64,000 nucleotides of DNA, taken from assembly GCA_951406725.2 (NCBI GenBank), contig OX597822.1:46748001-46812000 (forward strand), given 5' to 3'. The position numbers and the translations under genes were made by a program. Below, piece after piece: positions 11,446 to 24,619 of the stretch. The notes below the pieces were generated by a model that worked only from the letters and a program-made list of their open reading frames with translations, had not been told where the DNA came from and did no database searches. The stretch's first letter is position 1. Every line of letters begins with the position of its first letter. The stretch comes from Octopus vulgaris (lineage: Eukaryota).

Positions 11446-13639
11446 TGGGAGTGTCTGGAGGTGACATGAGTCTAGCTAGTTCTGAGAAGCAGAAGCTATT
11501 ATAGTAACAGTAGAAAAAGCAGGGAGTGGTGGGGAGACAGTGTACCTGTGAATGTCTTTAGTTAAATGGCTCTTTTGTAGATGTAATCTAGAATGGCTAT
11601 GTGCAGTATCATGAGAGCACTGCTTTAATGTAGGTCTCACCTGAGTTTTTTAGAGTAATTGTTAGGGACGAAAGTATCTGCTGATCCTAAAGAGATGTAT
11701 GTATACTTGTCTGAGGTTGTAGTCTAAAACAAGTGTTTTGTATCCCATAACCTAGCTCTTCAGCAAATAGAAATCAATTAAAAAGGTGGTGCCATACTGC
11801 AGATAAGTACTACGGTTGCTATGGTTGACTAAAATCATTGAAAGCAATTCTCCAGCATGTTGGCAGGCAGTAAAAGAATATGTAGTGTTATTAAGGTTGG
11901 TGGTGAGTTAGATTAGAGGATGTATGCAACAGTCTCGTTACCATACCTAGGTATTATCTTTTGTAAGCCTTCTGGCTTACCAACCCCCAGTCAAACCGTC
12001 AAACCCATGCCAGCATGGAAAGTGGACGTTAAACAACATTGATGATGAGTCACTCTCTAGTTCCTACCCAATCACTCCCACCCTCTCTTCTAAAATGTGA
12101 GTAGCTGTGTGGCAATTTTACAGGAAGCAACTTGTTCTGATCTGGCCCTTTTCTCTCACTTTATCCCACTTCTCATCTCCTTGCATAGAGTTGCTCTCTT
12201 GGAGTTTGTAGTACTTGTGGCAGCATTCACCTGGGGTCAATTAAACCAGCTCTGACCAATTAGTTCACTCACAAATGCTCACCATATTTGATAGTCAGCC
12301 CTAACATTCCAGCTCACAAATTAGACAAATGCTCCACTGGCAGAACAAGCATGTAGCGCCATAGCTATTATCTGTTGTTGAAGCGTAAGGTTCATGTTCA
12401 GAGTATTCAGTGGGAATACAAGTCCGTATGTGGTCTCTGACTGCATGGTACCCTCAGTAGTGCTCATGGCATGAAAATACCACACTGTACATGTTGTAAA
12501 GTGGTTGGTATTAGGAAAAACGACCAGTCATAGAAACCCTACCAAGGTAGAGACTGGAGCAGGATGCAGTCCTTGGGCCCATCAAATTCTGTCAGACTGT
12601 TCAATCCATGCCAGCATGGAACATGGGCATTAAATGATGATGGTGAAGAATTATGATTGACACTATTAGGGTAGGTTATATAATGTATGTGGTTATTATT
12701 GGATGCAGGGATTAAGTTAGAGATGGAAACATTATGGGGAGAGTGTAAACTTATTGGGCATACCATAAATAGGGATTAAGATGGGTGATAAAAGCACAGT
12801 TTATAGAGAGTTATATTAAAGGAGTGTACATGACACAGTCATTCTTATGTTAATAATGGAAAACTAATGAGAGAGAGAGAATATATATGGCAATGGTTCT
12901 CAACCATTTTTTACGTATGGACCCTTTTGATTCCTATTTTCTTCTACTGTATTTTTTGTAATTAAATATTAAGAATTGTATAAAAAAATTATTTTGTGTA
13001 TTCCACTGACAAGGCTTTGGTCAGCCCAAGGCTATTGTAGAAGACACCTACCGAAGGTGCCACACAGTGGGACTGAACCTGGAACCATGTGGTTAGCATG
13101 CCAGACAAAATACTGGATAGTATTTCATCTATCTCTACGTTGTGAGTTCAAATTCCACCAATGTTGACTTTTGCCTTTTGTCCTGTCAGGGTTGATGAAA
13201 TAAATGCCAGTTGAGTACTGGGATCAGTTTATTCAACTAGCCCCTTCCCCCAAAATTTCAGGCCTTATACCTATATTAGAAAGGCTTGGTTGCTATTTAG
13301 TTAGTTATAGGTCTACTTATAGAATTATTAATTTACCGATACTGTTTTTGTTCATAAGGTAAATGTGGTTTCTTTATTGTAGTTTAATTAATGATGTTAG
13401 TGTTTGATCCTACCTGGAATTAAGATTGAACGAATGTGGTGATATCTAAGGTGTGTTTGTTCCCAAACAACACTTATTTAGTGATGTTGACTCTGCCGGA
13501 TTGAATGGTACTGTCCAGGTGTCAAAACCATAGTGATATCCATGGGGCAGCTGATGATGGAGGTGTGTTGGATTGTTGGTATGGCTGTTATTGTATGTGC
13601 GGAATAGTTTTATAAGACATACATTTGATGATATTAAAA

Positions 13640-14660
13640 AGGGTGGTGGGTTGCAGTCATTAGAGCAGTGGACAAAATGCTTTATACTCTCAGTTCAAAT
13701 TGCACTGAAGTTAACCATGCCTTTCCTCTTTCCTGGGTGGATAAAATAAGGTACCAGTTCATTACTGGATCAATGTAGTCATTTGTTCCCTCCCTACAAA
13801 ATTCCTGGCTTTGTGCAAACATAAGAAATAATAATAATTTCCAGCGTGCCAGCTTACTCAAACCATCCCATGCCAGCATGGACAGTGGACATTAAATGAT
13901 GATGATGATGTTTCAGATTTTGGTACAAGGCCAGCATTTTTAAATGAAGGGGAATAGTTGATTACATCAACCCTGGTACTTGACCAGCACTTTTCTTTTA
14001 TCAACCCTGAAACCATGAAAGGCAAAGTTGAATTTGGCTGTAATTGAAGTCAGAACATAAAGAGTCAGAAGAAATGTCTCAAAGCATTTTGTCTGATTTG
14101 CTAACAATTCTGCCACCATAATCCATTTGGGCCCAAATTTTTTAATTTTAATTTATTACCAAAAATCTTTTTTTATCTGATACTCTTTACTTGTTTCAGT
14201 CATTTGACTGTGGCCATGCAGGAGCACCGCCTTTAATCGAGCAAAAAGGACCATGGGCATTAATGGGTTAATGATAATAATCTTTTCTGCTAAAGGCACA
14301 AGAGCCGAAATTTGCTGGGCAGGAACTGGTTGATTGCATCAACCCCAGTGCTAGACTGATACTTATTTTATCAACCCTGGAAAGGTGAAGGGTGAAGTCA
14401 ACCATGGCAGAATTTGAACCAATGTGGTAAAAATGGACAGATGAAATGCTGCTAAGTATTTAACCCAGCATGCAAATGATTCTGCCAGTTCACTGCCTTA
14501 ATAATAATAATAATAGATTTATAAGAAAAGCAAGTAGATTGGTAGAGTATATGCTAAATTTAATTTTACCTCTCTCTCTGATATGAGTCTAATTCTAGCT
14601 GAGTTAACTTTGACTTTCGTCTCTCTGAGGGGATCAATGAAATAAGTATCAATCAATAAC
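13640..14660. mobile_element. Cluster of diverged family A SINEs in both orientations with family B/C tail fragments
   Basis: Family A motifs at about 13640-13830 (+), 13915-14120 (-), 14280-14500 (-), 14540-14660 (+). Confidence 0.7.
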
Positions 14661-15202
14661 TTTGGAATGTGTATCCTTGTTTCAGTTTAAATAACCCTAA
14701 TCATTATTATATTCATTTATCAAAGCTGGTAGCAGGAGCACAGTTTGTAGGGAGCTGTAGTTTTCACTTGAAGGTTTTCAGGCTGCCTCTTGTTCTCAAA
14801 GATAATAAGATTGGTCCCTTTAATGTTGTTATATTTCAATTTAAATCTTCCGTGTCAATGTTATTTAACAAACTGTTTTTTATATTCTACGTCTATCCTT
14901 GATTATCTCAGATGTTTGGTTACAAACAACTCAGAGAATCAGTGATAAGTGAATAATAGAACATAGGGGAATAATTGGTTTCATTCTGAGACCCCAGGTT
15001 GTCCTGAGCATTGGCCAGTTGCTGGGGCATGGTTTTGCAGTTCAAGCAGAATCTTTGACTGACCACCAACCCATGTTATCTCAGATCAATTCATGATAAT
15101 AAGCATTAACACAGTTCACAATTCATGTGTTGGGTTATCCCAGATCAGAGATGAATGAATCAGTGATAAACAAGGATAGCTGTATTCCATAGAACTGCTT
15201 AA

Positions 15203-15569
15203 CCCTTTAAAATTTAAACCAGCCATATCCAGCCAAAATATTCTGCCTATTCTATATTCAAACCAGCCAGATATGGCCACTTATATCTTACACTACAATG
15301 TCATTCTAAAACTTAACAATCACATGATCAAAACCTTAAAGCGACAACACATTGCATATGATAAATTCAGAATGATGTCAATAAATATCTATCTAGGTCA
15401 TCCCTCAGGGTACCCCAAGACTGTTTTCACACATTTTCCCCATTCATCTCAATCTTCCATAATGGTCCTCAGCTCCTCTACCCCTTCCATACCAGCATCC
15501 AACTTCCCCCTTCCTCTCCTGGTTCTTGCTTCCGTTTGCATTTGACAAAGTAATCTGAATGCTAAAGAG
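15203..15569. mobile_element. piggyBac-type MITE family 2 interrupted by a short RTE-like LINE tail (about 15388-15537, minus)
   Basis: TTAA|CCCTTTAAAATTTAAAC...GAATGCTAAAGAG|TTAA, homologous to 42316-42534 except for a roughly 150-bp insert translating as ..RTRRGRGK..EGVEEL.. Confidence 0.65.
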
Positions 15570-15589
15570 TTAATAATGGAGAAACTAGT

Positions 15590-15860
15590 TATTTTAATAA
15601 ATCCTTCCATTGAGGTAAAAATGGACAGCATATTCTGTTGGGAATAAAGCCAAGCAAAGATTAAGTTATTTTCTGATCCCAGAGCCAGTTTGTAGTGGGA
15701 ATAATAGGAATAAATGTTGATATGCCGTTCACAGATGGAGGGGAGACAATATGGTATGTCTGTTAAGCATGATGCAATAGCTTTATTCTTAATTAAAACT
15801 GTTATTGCTCCTCTCCTTGATGGAGCACACTGTAGCAGGATTAGGTGATGGTTCACGCTG
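15590..15860 (-). pseudogene. Possible decayed LINE APE-endonuclease fragment
   Basis: ORF text RRGAITVLIKNK...INIYSYYS...SIFTSMEGF follows the GGVAILIK / INIY.P / IIGDFN spacing only loosely. Confidence 0.25.
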
Positions 15861-16839
15861 ATACATTGTCCAGTTTACCCAATTTCCATGGTGCGTTTAA
15901 GTGACAAAGATCACAACAATCCCTCTTGAAAGGGTCACTGGTTTGTTGCAGGGTTCAAGGCTAGGAATTTTGAGGGGTGAGGACAAGTCATTTACATCAG
16001 CCCCAGTACTTGATTGGTACCTTATTTTATCACCACCCCCCCCAAGGGATGTAAGGCAAAGTTGTCCACAGCAGGATTTGAACTCACAATGTAAAGAGCC
16101 AGAAGAAATGCTGCCAAGCATTTTGACCAATGTGCTGTTGGTTCTACCTGTTTGCCATGACTTTATAGAGCTACATTATTGATAATCCTGTGGATAATGG
16201 CTAGGCCTGTAGCATAATTTAGCACCCATCACCTTCTACTCAATAGTCCAGCTCCTTAACTTCACATCCACTGACAGCCTTAGCTGATTAAAGCAAGTAA
16301 CAATTAGTTCTGTTAAGGTTTGAACACATGACCTTATTGTCAATCAGTATTTGAGCTTCTTAACTTCACAGACGCTGTAATGCTAATAGAAAGGGAAAAA
16401 AAACTAGTGAGAGCCATGTGGAAATTGAACCCAGTTTTCCAGGCATGCAACTTTAATGCTCTAAAGACCCAGTTATTAATTAGCTTTTGCAGCCTTTCAA
16501 TCTGAAAGATTTGAAGATGGAAACATTAAGCGCTAATTTGAGCTTCCACAAACTTCTCTGTCAGTCTTTGTGTCCTTGGTTGGTGTGGTCTGAATTTTTC
16601 ATGGATCAGCAGAAACAGAGCATTGGTTAGGAGACAAGCCAAGTTCAAGTTTTCTGAGAATGCACACTGCGTATTGTGTTACATTAGCAAGCCAAGCAGT
16701 AGCAGAATAGCATCAAGTGATACTGTGAAATACAGAACAGCTGATGACTCAATGACACTATATTCATGTGTATTGCAATACATCAACAAGCTGTACCATG
16801 TATTGTAAGACAATAACAATTCAAACTGTATATTACATA

Positions 16840-17395
16840 TAGGTGCAGGCATGGCTGTGTGGTTAAGAAACTTGCTTTGCAACTGTGTGGTTTCAGGTTC
16901 ATTCCTACTGCACAGCATCTTGGAGAAGTGTCTTCTATTTAATGCAGTGAACTGGCAGAAATGTTACCACGCTGGGCAAAATGCTTAGTGATATTTTGTC
17001 TGCAGTTACATTCTGAGTTCAAATTCCGCTGAGGTCAACTTTGCCTTTCATCCTTTCGGGGTCGATGTAATCGACTTAATCCCTTTGTTTGTCCGCTCTA
17101 TGTTTAGCCCCTTGTGGGCAATAAAGAAATAATAATAAGTGCCTTGTGAGGAAGCGTGTATGTACTTTTGTGTTGTATTTGTCATTGCCCCCCCCCCCCC
17201 CGTCATTCAACAACCAGTGTTGGTTTGTTTACATTTGCTTAATGTATGAGTTTGGCAAAAGAGAACAACAGAGTAAGTATCAAATTTTAAAAAAGGAACG
17301 AGTACTGGAGTGGAGGTTGGGGTGATTTGTTTAATTTTTAAACATCTTGAAATGTGCAACTACATGGCTGCAATCCAATGATTGAAACAATGATA
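16840..17395 (+). mobile_element. Family B SINE interrupted by a family A SINE (about 16941-17135)
   Basis: B head stops at AAGTGTCTTCTA, a complete A copy follows, and B resumes at GCCTTGTGAG. Confidence 0.8.
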
Positions 17396-17654
17396 AGATA
17401 TATGTGCCATCTTGGTGAAGTCTTGATTACTTAACACTTAAGATTATAAATGGTTGTGGGTTTGACCTCTAAACCAGGCAACTCTTGTATCTGAAATCAA
17501 AGACTGCTGTCATATTTCTCTAGTTTTACTTGTTAATTAATTTTCTTCATAAAAGCATTACCACCACAATATAACAGTATTCTCTGTCTGTCTCCCCTCT
17601 GCCTTCTGCTTTCTAATTATTGGGTCTTGTACAAGTATAAACTTAATCACAGAA

Positions 17655-18005
17655 GGCACAGGTGTGGCTGGTTTCGAACCTTGGTTCCCAAACATATCAT
17701 TCCATGTTCAATCCTACTGCATGCCACCATGGGCTAGTGGAGTTGGTACGTGGAAACTGAAGGAAGGCCATCGTGTATGGTTGTATGTATGTGTCGGAGA
17801 TTTCCTTGTCTTGGCATTGTGTGGTGGCAGTAAATGAGAGTCACTGTCATATGAACAGTGTCATTCCTTTCCAGTGTTTTGTAAGAACATGTCTGGCCAT
17901 AGGGAAATGTTACCTTGCTTGGTGACAGGAAGGGCATTCCAACCATAGATAATCCACCTCAGTAAACTCTTCCCCATGCATGGAAAAGTAAATGTTATGA
18001 TGATA
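17655..18005 (+). mobile_element. SINE family D (family B-type head plus GAT-tailed 3' end)
   Basis: GGCACAGGTGTGGCTG head, GGAAACTGAAGGAAG, then GGTGACAGGAAGGGCATT...GCATGGAAAAGTAAATGTTATGATGAT. Confidence 0.7.
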
Positions 18006-18275
18006 GAAGCTAACATTCAGTTTACATATGAATCGTTTCATATTAGTTGTTTGTCTATGCACAAAAGTCTTTTAATACAGAGTTGAACTTCCAATGATCA
18101 ATGTTTCACTTCCCAGATGGAATAATTTCACTTCACTTCCTTAAACCTTTTCTTTGATAAGTGATTTTGTGCCACAGCTTCCCATTTTACTCCTCACACC
18201 CCAGAAATTTGATGGAAACGTAATTCCACTAAAATTTGAATTAATGTTGTCTTTAGATGTTTCATTCTTGGTAAC

Positions 18276-18402
18276 CTTTACTATGCTGTAGGTGCATCAT
18301 GTCACTGTATGAATTTTCTCCCCTCTCAGTGTGATACAATGTAACTGTAGCTACAGGGGAGAAAACTCATACAGTGACATGATCTGCATAAGCATACTAA
18401 AG
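18276..18402. repeat. Isolated inverted repeat / hairpin
   Basis: 29-bp arms ATCATGTCACTGTATGAATTTTCTCCCCT (18296-18324) and AGGGGAGAAAACTCATACAGTGACATGAT (18355-18383) with one mismatch, plus an outer 12-bp stem. Confidence 0.9.
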
Positions 18403-19117
18403 ATTAATCAAACTAGTGGAATTATAAAGTCTTTTATTGATAAAAGTCTTGTTCTTGATTTTAGTTGTTTGTTATAATTCCATCAACAGCATCCATAATG
18501 CTTATGGAAATATTAAATTGATCACAGTATTTGAGTGCTTCAGAAAGATCGAAAGCAAAAACTGATTTGAACTTGTAATATAAACGCTGTAATTGTTTGT
18601 AACTGCTTTTAGAGGTTACACTTGAGTGAATTTGGCAGATGGCAACTGTATATGTTCCAGGTTCAAATTCCATTAACAGAATCTATGATGCTTATAGAAA
18701 TATTAAATTGACCACAGTGTTTGAGTTGACCTCAATGGAATTTGAAGACAGAAGGAATGCTGCTAAGCATTTTGTCTGGTGTGCTATCAATCCTGCCAGC
18801 TGGTCGATTATATCAACCCTGAAAGGATGAAAGGCAGCTTGCCACCCGAGGGTGGTCATTTCTAGATTAGCCATGGTGACATAAACTTACATAAAAGGGA
18901 ATTTGAAATGATATAATTGATCATCTATGTCCTTCAGATCAATAAAATAAGTACCTTGAGTATTAGCAACACCCTAATAATGGGTACAGGGGAGTAATCG
19001 ATTATATTGACCCTAACGATCAACTGGTACTCATTTTATGAAAGGCAAAGTTCACCTTGTAATTTGAACTCAGAACATAAAAGCTGAAAGAAATACCATT
19101 CAGCATTCTTCTGACAT

Positions 19118-19478
19118 TTCTTTTATTTGTTTCAGTCATTTGACTGCGGCCATGCTGGAGCACTGCCTTTAGTCAAAGAAATGACCCCAGGACTTATTCT
19201 TTGTAAGCCTAGCACTTATTCTGTTGGTCACTTTTTGCCGAACTACCAAGTTATGGGGACGTAAATACACCAACATTGGTTGTCAAGCAATGGTGCGGGG
19301 GGGGGGGGCACAGACACACAAGCATATACATATATACAATGGGCTTCTTTCACAAGACTTTGGTTGAACCAAGGCTATAGCATTTGTCACTTGTCCAAGG
19401 TGCCATGCAGTGGAACTGAACCAGGAACCATGTGGTTGGGAAGCAAGCTTCTTACCACACAGCCACGCCTGTGCCTAT
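19118..19478 (-). mobile_element. SINE family B
   Basis: Full reverse-complement copy ending TTACCACACAGCCACGCCTGTGCC. Confidence 0.85.
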
Positions 19479-19509
19479 AACATTCTTACCAGCTCAGGGC
19501 AGTAATGAT

Positions 19510-20550
19510 ATGCTTTCTACTATAAGCACAAGGCCTGAAATTTGGGGAGCGGTCCTGGTTGTTTATGTTGACTCCAGTGCTCAAATGGTCCTTATTTCAT
19601 CAACCCTGAAAGGATGAAAGGCAAAGTTGACCTTGGTAGAATTTGAAATCAGGATGTAAAGACAGACTGAACCACCACGAATCATTTTGCCTGGCATGCT
19701 AACAATTCTGCCAGCTCAATAATAATAATCCTTGTTATTATAGGCACAAGGCCTGGAATCTTCCGGGAGGGAGCTGGACGATTACATCAGCACCCGTGCT
19801 CAATTGCTATGTATTTTATTGACCCCAAAAGAAAGAACGGCAAAGTCGGTCTCAGTGGAATTTGAGCACAAAATGTAATAACAGACAAAGCACTGCTAAG
19901 CATCTTTTCCAGTGGACTAAGCGTTCTGCCAGCTCATTGCCTTATTATAATAATAATTATTTCAAATTTTTGCCACAATTGCAGCTTGGGGGAGGTGGGG
20001 ATGAGTCAATTACATTGACACCAGTGTTCAACTGGTACTTATCTTATCGACCCCGAAAGGATGAAAGGTAGAGTCAACCTCTGCGGAATTTGAACTCAGA
20101 ACGTAGCAGTGGGCGAGATACCACCAAGCATTTCGTTCAGCATACTAACAATTCTTCCAGCTTGCCACCTTCCCTAATGATAATGATAATAATAATAATA
20201 ATAACAGTTGTGTCTTCTAAGGCGGCAAGCTGGCAGAAATGTTAGCACGCCAAGCGAAATTCTTAACAGTATTTCGTATGAGTTCAAATTCTGCCGTTGT
20301 TGACTTTGCCTTTCATCCTCTTGGGGTCGATAAATTAAGTACCAGTTGCGTACTGGGGTCGAACTAATCGATTGGCCCCTTCCCCCAAAATTTCAGGCCT
20401 TGTCCCTTGAGCAGAAAAAAAAGAATAGTTCTGTCTTCTATTGGCTTGAGGCTTGAAATTTTGGGAGAGGTAGCTTGTTGATTACTTCCACCCCATTATT
20501 TGACTGGTACTTTAACAACCCCAAGAGGATGAAAGGCAAAGTCAACATAC
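19510..20550. mobile_element. Family A SINE cluster: three minus copies, one plus copy (20220-20425), one minus fragment
   Basis: Family A motifs with (AAT)n linkers. Confidence 0.85.
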
Positions 20551-21436
20551 AGTGTTAATGTTGTAGAAGAGGTGGGTATCATTGTTATCAGTATATAGCA
20601 CCATGATAGATCAATGGGACTTAAATAATCAGCCACATGACTTGGCACAATCCACAGACATGTGTCTCTGACTAGTTGAGTTATAGCTTGTGTCCATAGG
20701 TAAAGTTGACCTCAACAGGATTTGAATGTAGAACAAATGGTCATACGTAAATGTTGCAAGGTATTTTGTGCTTTAATAATTGTATGAACATTCTACCTTT
20801 AAGAATAATGATATCTAACATAAATCTTAGGGTCTGTCATGAGCCCTACAACTCATAAGGCCAGGGTTAAACCTGGCTTCTATGGTGTATAAGTGATTGA
20901 GATTACAGCACACTCCTCACCCTGGATGGGATGCTAGTCTGTTGCAGAGTTAACTTCCCAGCTATTGCTGGAACACATTTACAGCTGAATGGATCAGGGC
21001 AACGTGATATGAAGTGATTTGCTCAAGAACATAATGTGCTGTGTGATCCAGGAATTGAAACCATGACCTTACGGTAGTAGTGAGTGCAGCAACCCAACCA
21101 TTAGGCTATACACCTTCTGAAGTGCAAGGTACTACTGCTTGATCGGAGAGGTTAACAACCATTTCTATCACACCCACCTCCCAGTTCTTATTGTATCAAC
21201 CCTTGTAATAAAGATAATGATTTTAAACTCGAATATAACAAATTGTTGATCAACCATCAGATGGAGGAAAGTGTACCTAGGACTACATTATTCAATGTGT
21301 CCTTTTGTTGTTTAAGACTGTGGCTTGTAATTTGAGGGCAATTAAACTGCTTTTTCTAGTCATGTAGACACTTGTTTGCTTTTTTTCATTCTGTAGTGGG
21401 ATTAGAGATTATTTGTCTATATTTGATATTTCCACC

Positions 21437-21757
21437 ATGGCTTTAGTGAGAGGTTTTTACTCTTAATTGAGCTGTTTTAACGATGGATTTAGTTAGAGGT
21501 TGTTCGTCCAGCTTTAGCTATTTCCATGTTAAATTTGGTTAGAGGCTTTTAGTTTTAGTTCAATTGTTTCAAAGGTGGCTTTGGTTAGAGGTTATTGATC
21601 TTACTTTAACCATTTCTATAATGGATTTAGTTAAAAGTTATTGGTCTTACTTCACCTGTTTTTATGATGGATTTGGTTATAGGCTATTGGTCTTACTTTA
21701 GCCATTTCATAATGGCTTTGATCAGAGGTTATTCGTCTTTCTTCAGCAGTTCCATAA
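21437..21757. repeat. Degenerate minisatellite, 7 copies of a 46-bp unit
   Basis: Unit ATGGATTTAGTTAGAGGTTATTGGTCTTACTTTAGCCATTTC...; starts at 21437, 21483, 21529, 21575, 21621, 21667, 21712. Confidence 0.9.
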
Positions 21758-22829
21758 AGAAGTATTTTCTTGATATGTGTAGTAACTGCATCTTTGTGTT
21801 GTTGAAAGAAACAAAAATGTCTGTGTTTTCTCCTTAGATTTTTTAAAACCCATCATTAGCCAGGTGACTCTGATAAGCAGACTTGTTTGCTTGCTCATCC
21901 ACCACCTCTTTAGTGTATGCTGTCGTAACATAGTTTCCTTTGGTTCAACAAAGCAACAATCAACCTGCATTGGTGATGGGCCCCGTGTTGTCAAAAATGA
22001 TGGCCTAATTGTAGTATTTTATATATAAATATGGATGGTAAATCAAATTAATACATTTATCAATTTTATCAAGCAGTTGTCTTTTGAGATGTGACATTGA
22101 TCATCATTTCTTGCTGAAAGAAAGCTGGTTCGCACTTATAAACTTTCACATACTTCCCTTGTACACACACACACATCTACTCACACAGAGTTGAAATGCT
22201 GCTTGATTTTCCTTTTCAGCATTGAATGTCTACCATCCCACTTCCATTGTGCACACACACATACACTTGCACAGAGTTGAAACACTCCCACTACCAAGTT
22301 TGTCATCACCCCCTTCCTTATTCATCCATCACCCCTTTCTTTCTCATTCATATGTGCTGACAGAGAAAAACACAAAAGTATTATTATAGTAGATAGTCAT
22401 GTCAGTTTATTTACAAACTTAACACAAACACACTCTCTCAGTATTTTGGTTAATTAGTGAGAGTTGCAAGAAGAAGGGTATCTGGGTGTCAAATAGCTAC
22501 CTTAACAAATTCTCTTCAACCCATACAAGTATGAAAAAGTGGATATTAAATGACAATGATGATGCCAAAATTGAATCATATAACATTTCTGTAGACATAA
22601 CCAACCATCATGTAAAGTCTCTTTATAATGAATACCATTTCAACCCTAGCTTCATTCTTTTACTGGCTGAAACCAGCAAAAGACTTAGAATAAATTAATA
22701 ATGAAACAAATCTGAGATGATATTGTTTTGAAGATTTTCTTTCTGTTTTTGTATTTGTTATGTTTCCTTGATTTTCATTCCCAAGAGTTTAATGTGTATA
22801 ACATGATGACAATAACAATTTTTATAAAA

Positions 22830-22868
22830 CTAATGACAATATGTTTTTCTTTGTATTTCCAGGTAAGA
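22830..22868 (+). promoter_or_regulatory. Strong splice acceptor (branch point CTAAT, pyrimidine tract, CAG) followed directly by GTAAGA
   Basis: CTAAT at 22830, TGTTTTTCTTTGTATTTCCAG ending 22862, then GTAAGAAT. Confidence 0.6.
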
Positions 22869-24600
22869 ATACGGTATGGGAATTTTTCAATTTTTTTTTT
22901 GAAACTAAACATATCTGCATTTCTTAAGATGACTAAAAAGAAAAAAAAAGAAAAAGAAAAAAAAACCTAATCCAATCCAAGAGTGGATCTTTTGTGCCTT
23001 ATTATTGAGATATTAAGATTGCTACTTAACCTTCGAAGTGTCAAGAATGCCATATTTGGATATTTATTGCACCATCACCACCAACAACATTATGATGATA
23101 TACCACAATGGAAGATGATGAAGAAGATGATGATGATACTGCCATTGCTGTTCTTCATTGTCCTCCTCATCCTGTTTTTTCGTCTGCGACAGTCAATGCT
23201 GCCAAACTTGGATTACCTACCATTTGTTGTGACTAAAAACAAACCAAGCCAAACAAGGAAACGCAAATACACCCAAACAACAAACCTACTTACCCCGTCC
23301 CCGTAGCCCTCAAAAAATAACCCTGGCTGTGACGTAAGATTTGATCCGCTGTCGTCATCATCTTTCTTTGGCTTTAATATTGCTGTTAGCTGCCAGGTGT
23401 CTCTGTAAGTCTCTACAACTGAATGTTTGTGCCGTTAATTTGGCAGACTTTTCTTCGTCTTTCTCCTTTTCTTTATCTTTTTTTTAATTTATTTTATCAC
23501 ATTTTTTTTTCTAACAACTTAACATTTTCAGAATAATTTGGATATTAATTTTTTTTTTGTCTTTGCACGTGAAGAGAAAAGTTTAAACAAGCATAAAAAA
23601 AAAGAAAATGAAAAATACAAAACAAAAAAAAAATCAACCGCATAAAGAAAAAAAAATAATAATTAAACAAACAGCATACAAATTATTTGTAATGAGAGTT
23701 TTAAAAAATTTTACCAAAACACAAAAGAAACTAATTTAGAGAAAAAAAGAAAAAAAAGAAAAAAAACAGTCTCTTTGAAAATATGGAAAATAGACATAAA
23801 AAAAATTGTTTTATTGTGATGTGAGTGGAACAAAATAAGAGAGTATGAATTCTACTGCTGATCTCTACATGTATTTGTATGTGTGCATATTATGTCTGTA
23901 TGGGTGTGGTAGTGCATAAAAAGAAAAACAAAACTAAGACAAAATTACAAATAATTAAGCCCAGAAATTAGACCAAAATATGTCATAATTAATAACTTTG
24001 TCTATTGAATTTTTTTTTCTGGTGAATGTGTGTATTTTTTTTTGTTTATTTAAAAAAAAATTTTTTTAAATTTAAGTTCCTTCTAATGGCTGTCTTCAAA
24101 TTGTACCAAATATTGATTTGCACTTATGAATTGTAAATATTACAAGTAATTACTTTTGTTCTTAATTAGACACACCTTTCTTGTCCCCACACCTCCTGCT
24201 TATGTCTATTTGTATTTTGTTATTTTTTTCAGCTGTGACACTGCAGCAAATGCAAATTGTCTTTTAAAGCCTCTGTACCTCCCCAACTATACCCCCGCCC
24301 TCTCTTTATCATTCTGTCTATCCATCTATCTATGTGTGTACATCTATATGTATATGTGGATAGGTAGAAATTTGTATATATGCATGTATTGATGCATATA
24401 TATGTTTATATGTATGTGTGTGTATATATATTTATATATATATATATAATACACATTTACATATATGTATATACTTCTCTCTGTGTGTCTATGTGTAGGT
24501 GTGTGTATATATATATATATATATACATACACACACACACACACATATTCCTCCATCTATTTATTTTAATCCTGCATTCTCCTGCTTTTCCATTAATCAA
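22863..24600 (+). other. Putative terminal exon / proximal 3' UTR of an unidentified gene
   Basis: About 1.7 kb free of SINEs in an otherwise repeat-saturated window, with A/T homopolymers, TGTA motifs and a strong acceptor at its 5' edge; no recognisable protein. Confidence 0.5.
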
Positions 24601-24619
24601 CATCTTTCTTTATAATAGT

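Noticed and set aside
16493-16810. Possible exon after TTTTGCAG in unique sequence
   Set aside because: Short pyrimidine tract, early stops, no convincing donor
22110-22394. Minus-strand Helitron-like element (TCTACTATAATAAT start)
   Set aside because: 5' end is suggestive but no CTAG 3' terminus or hairpin can be identified
22983-23306. 107-aa ORF in the putative terminal exon
   Set aside because: GTG start, low-complexity translation, no domain similarity; better explained as UTR
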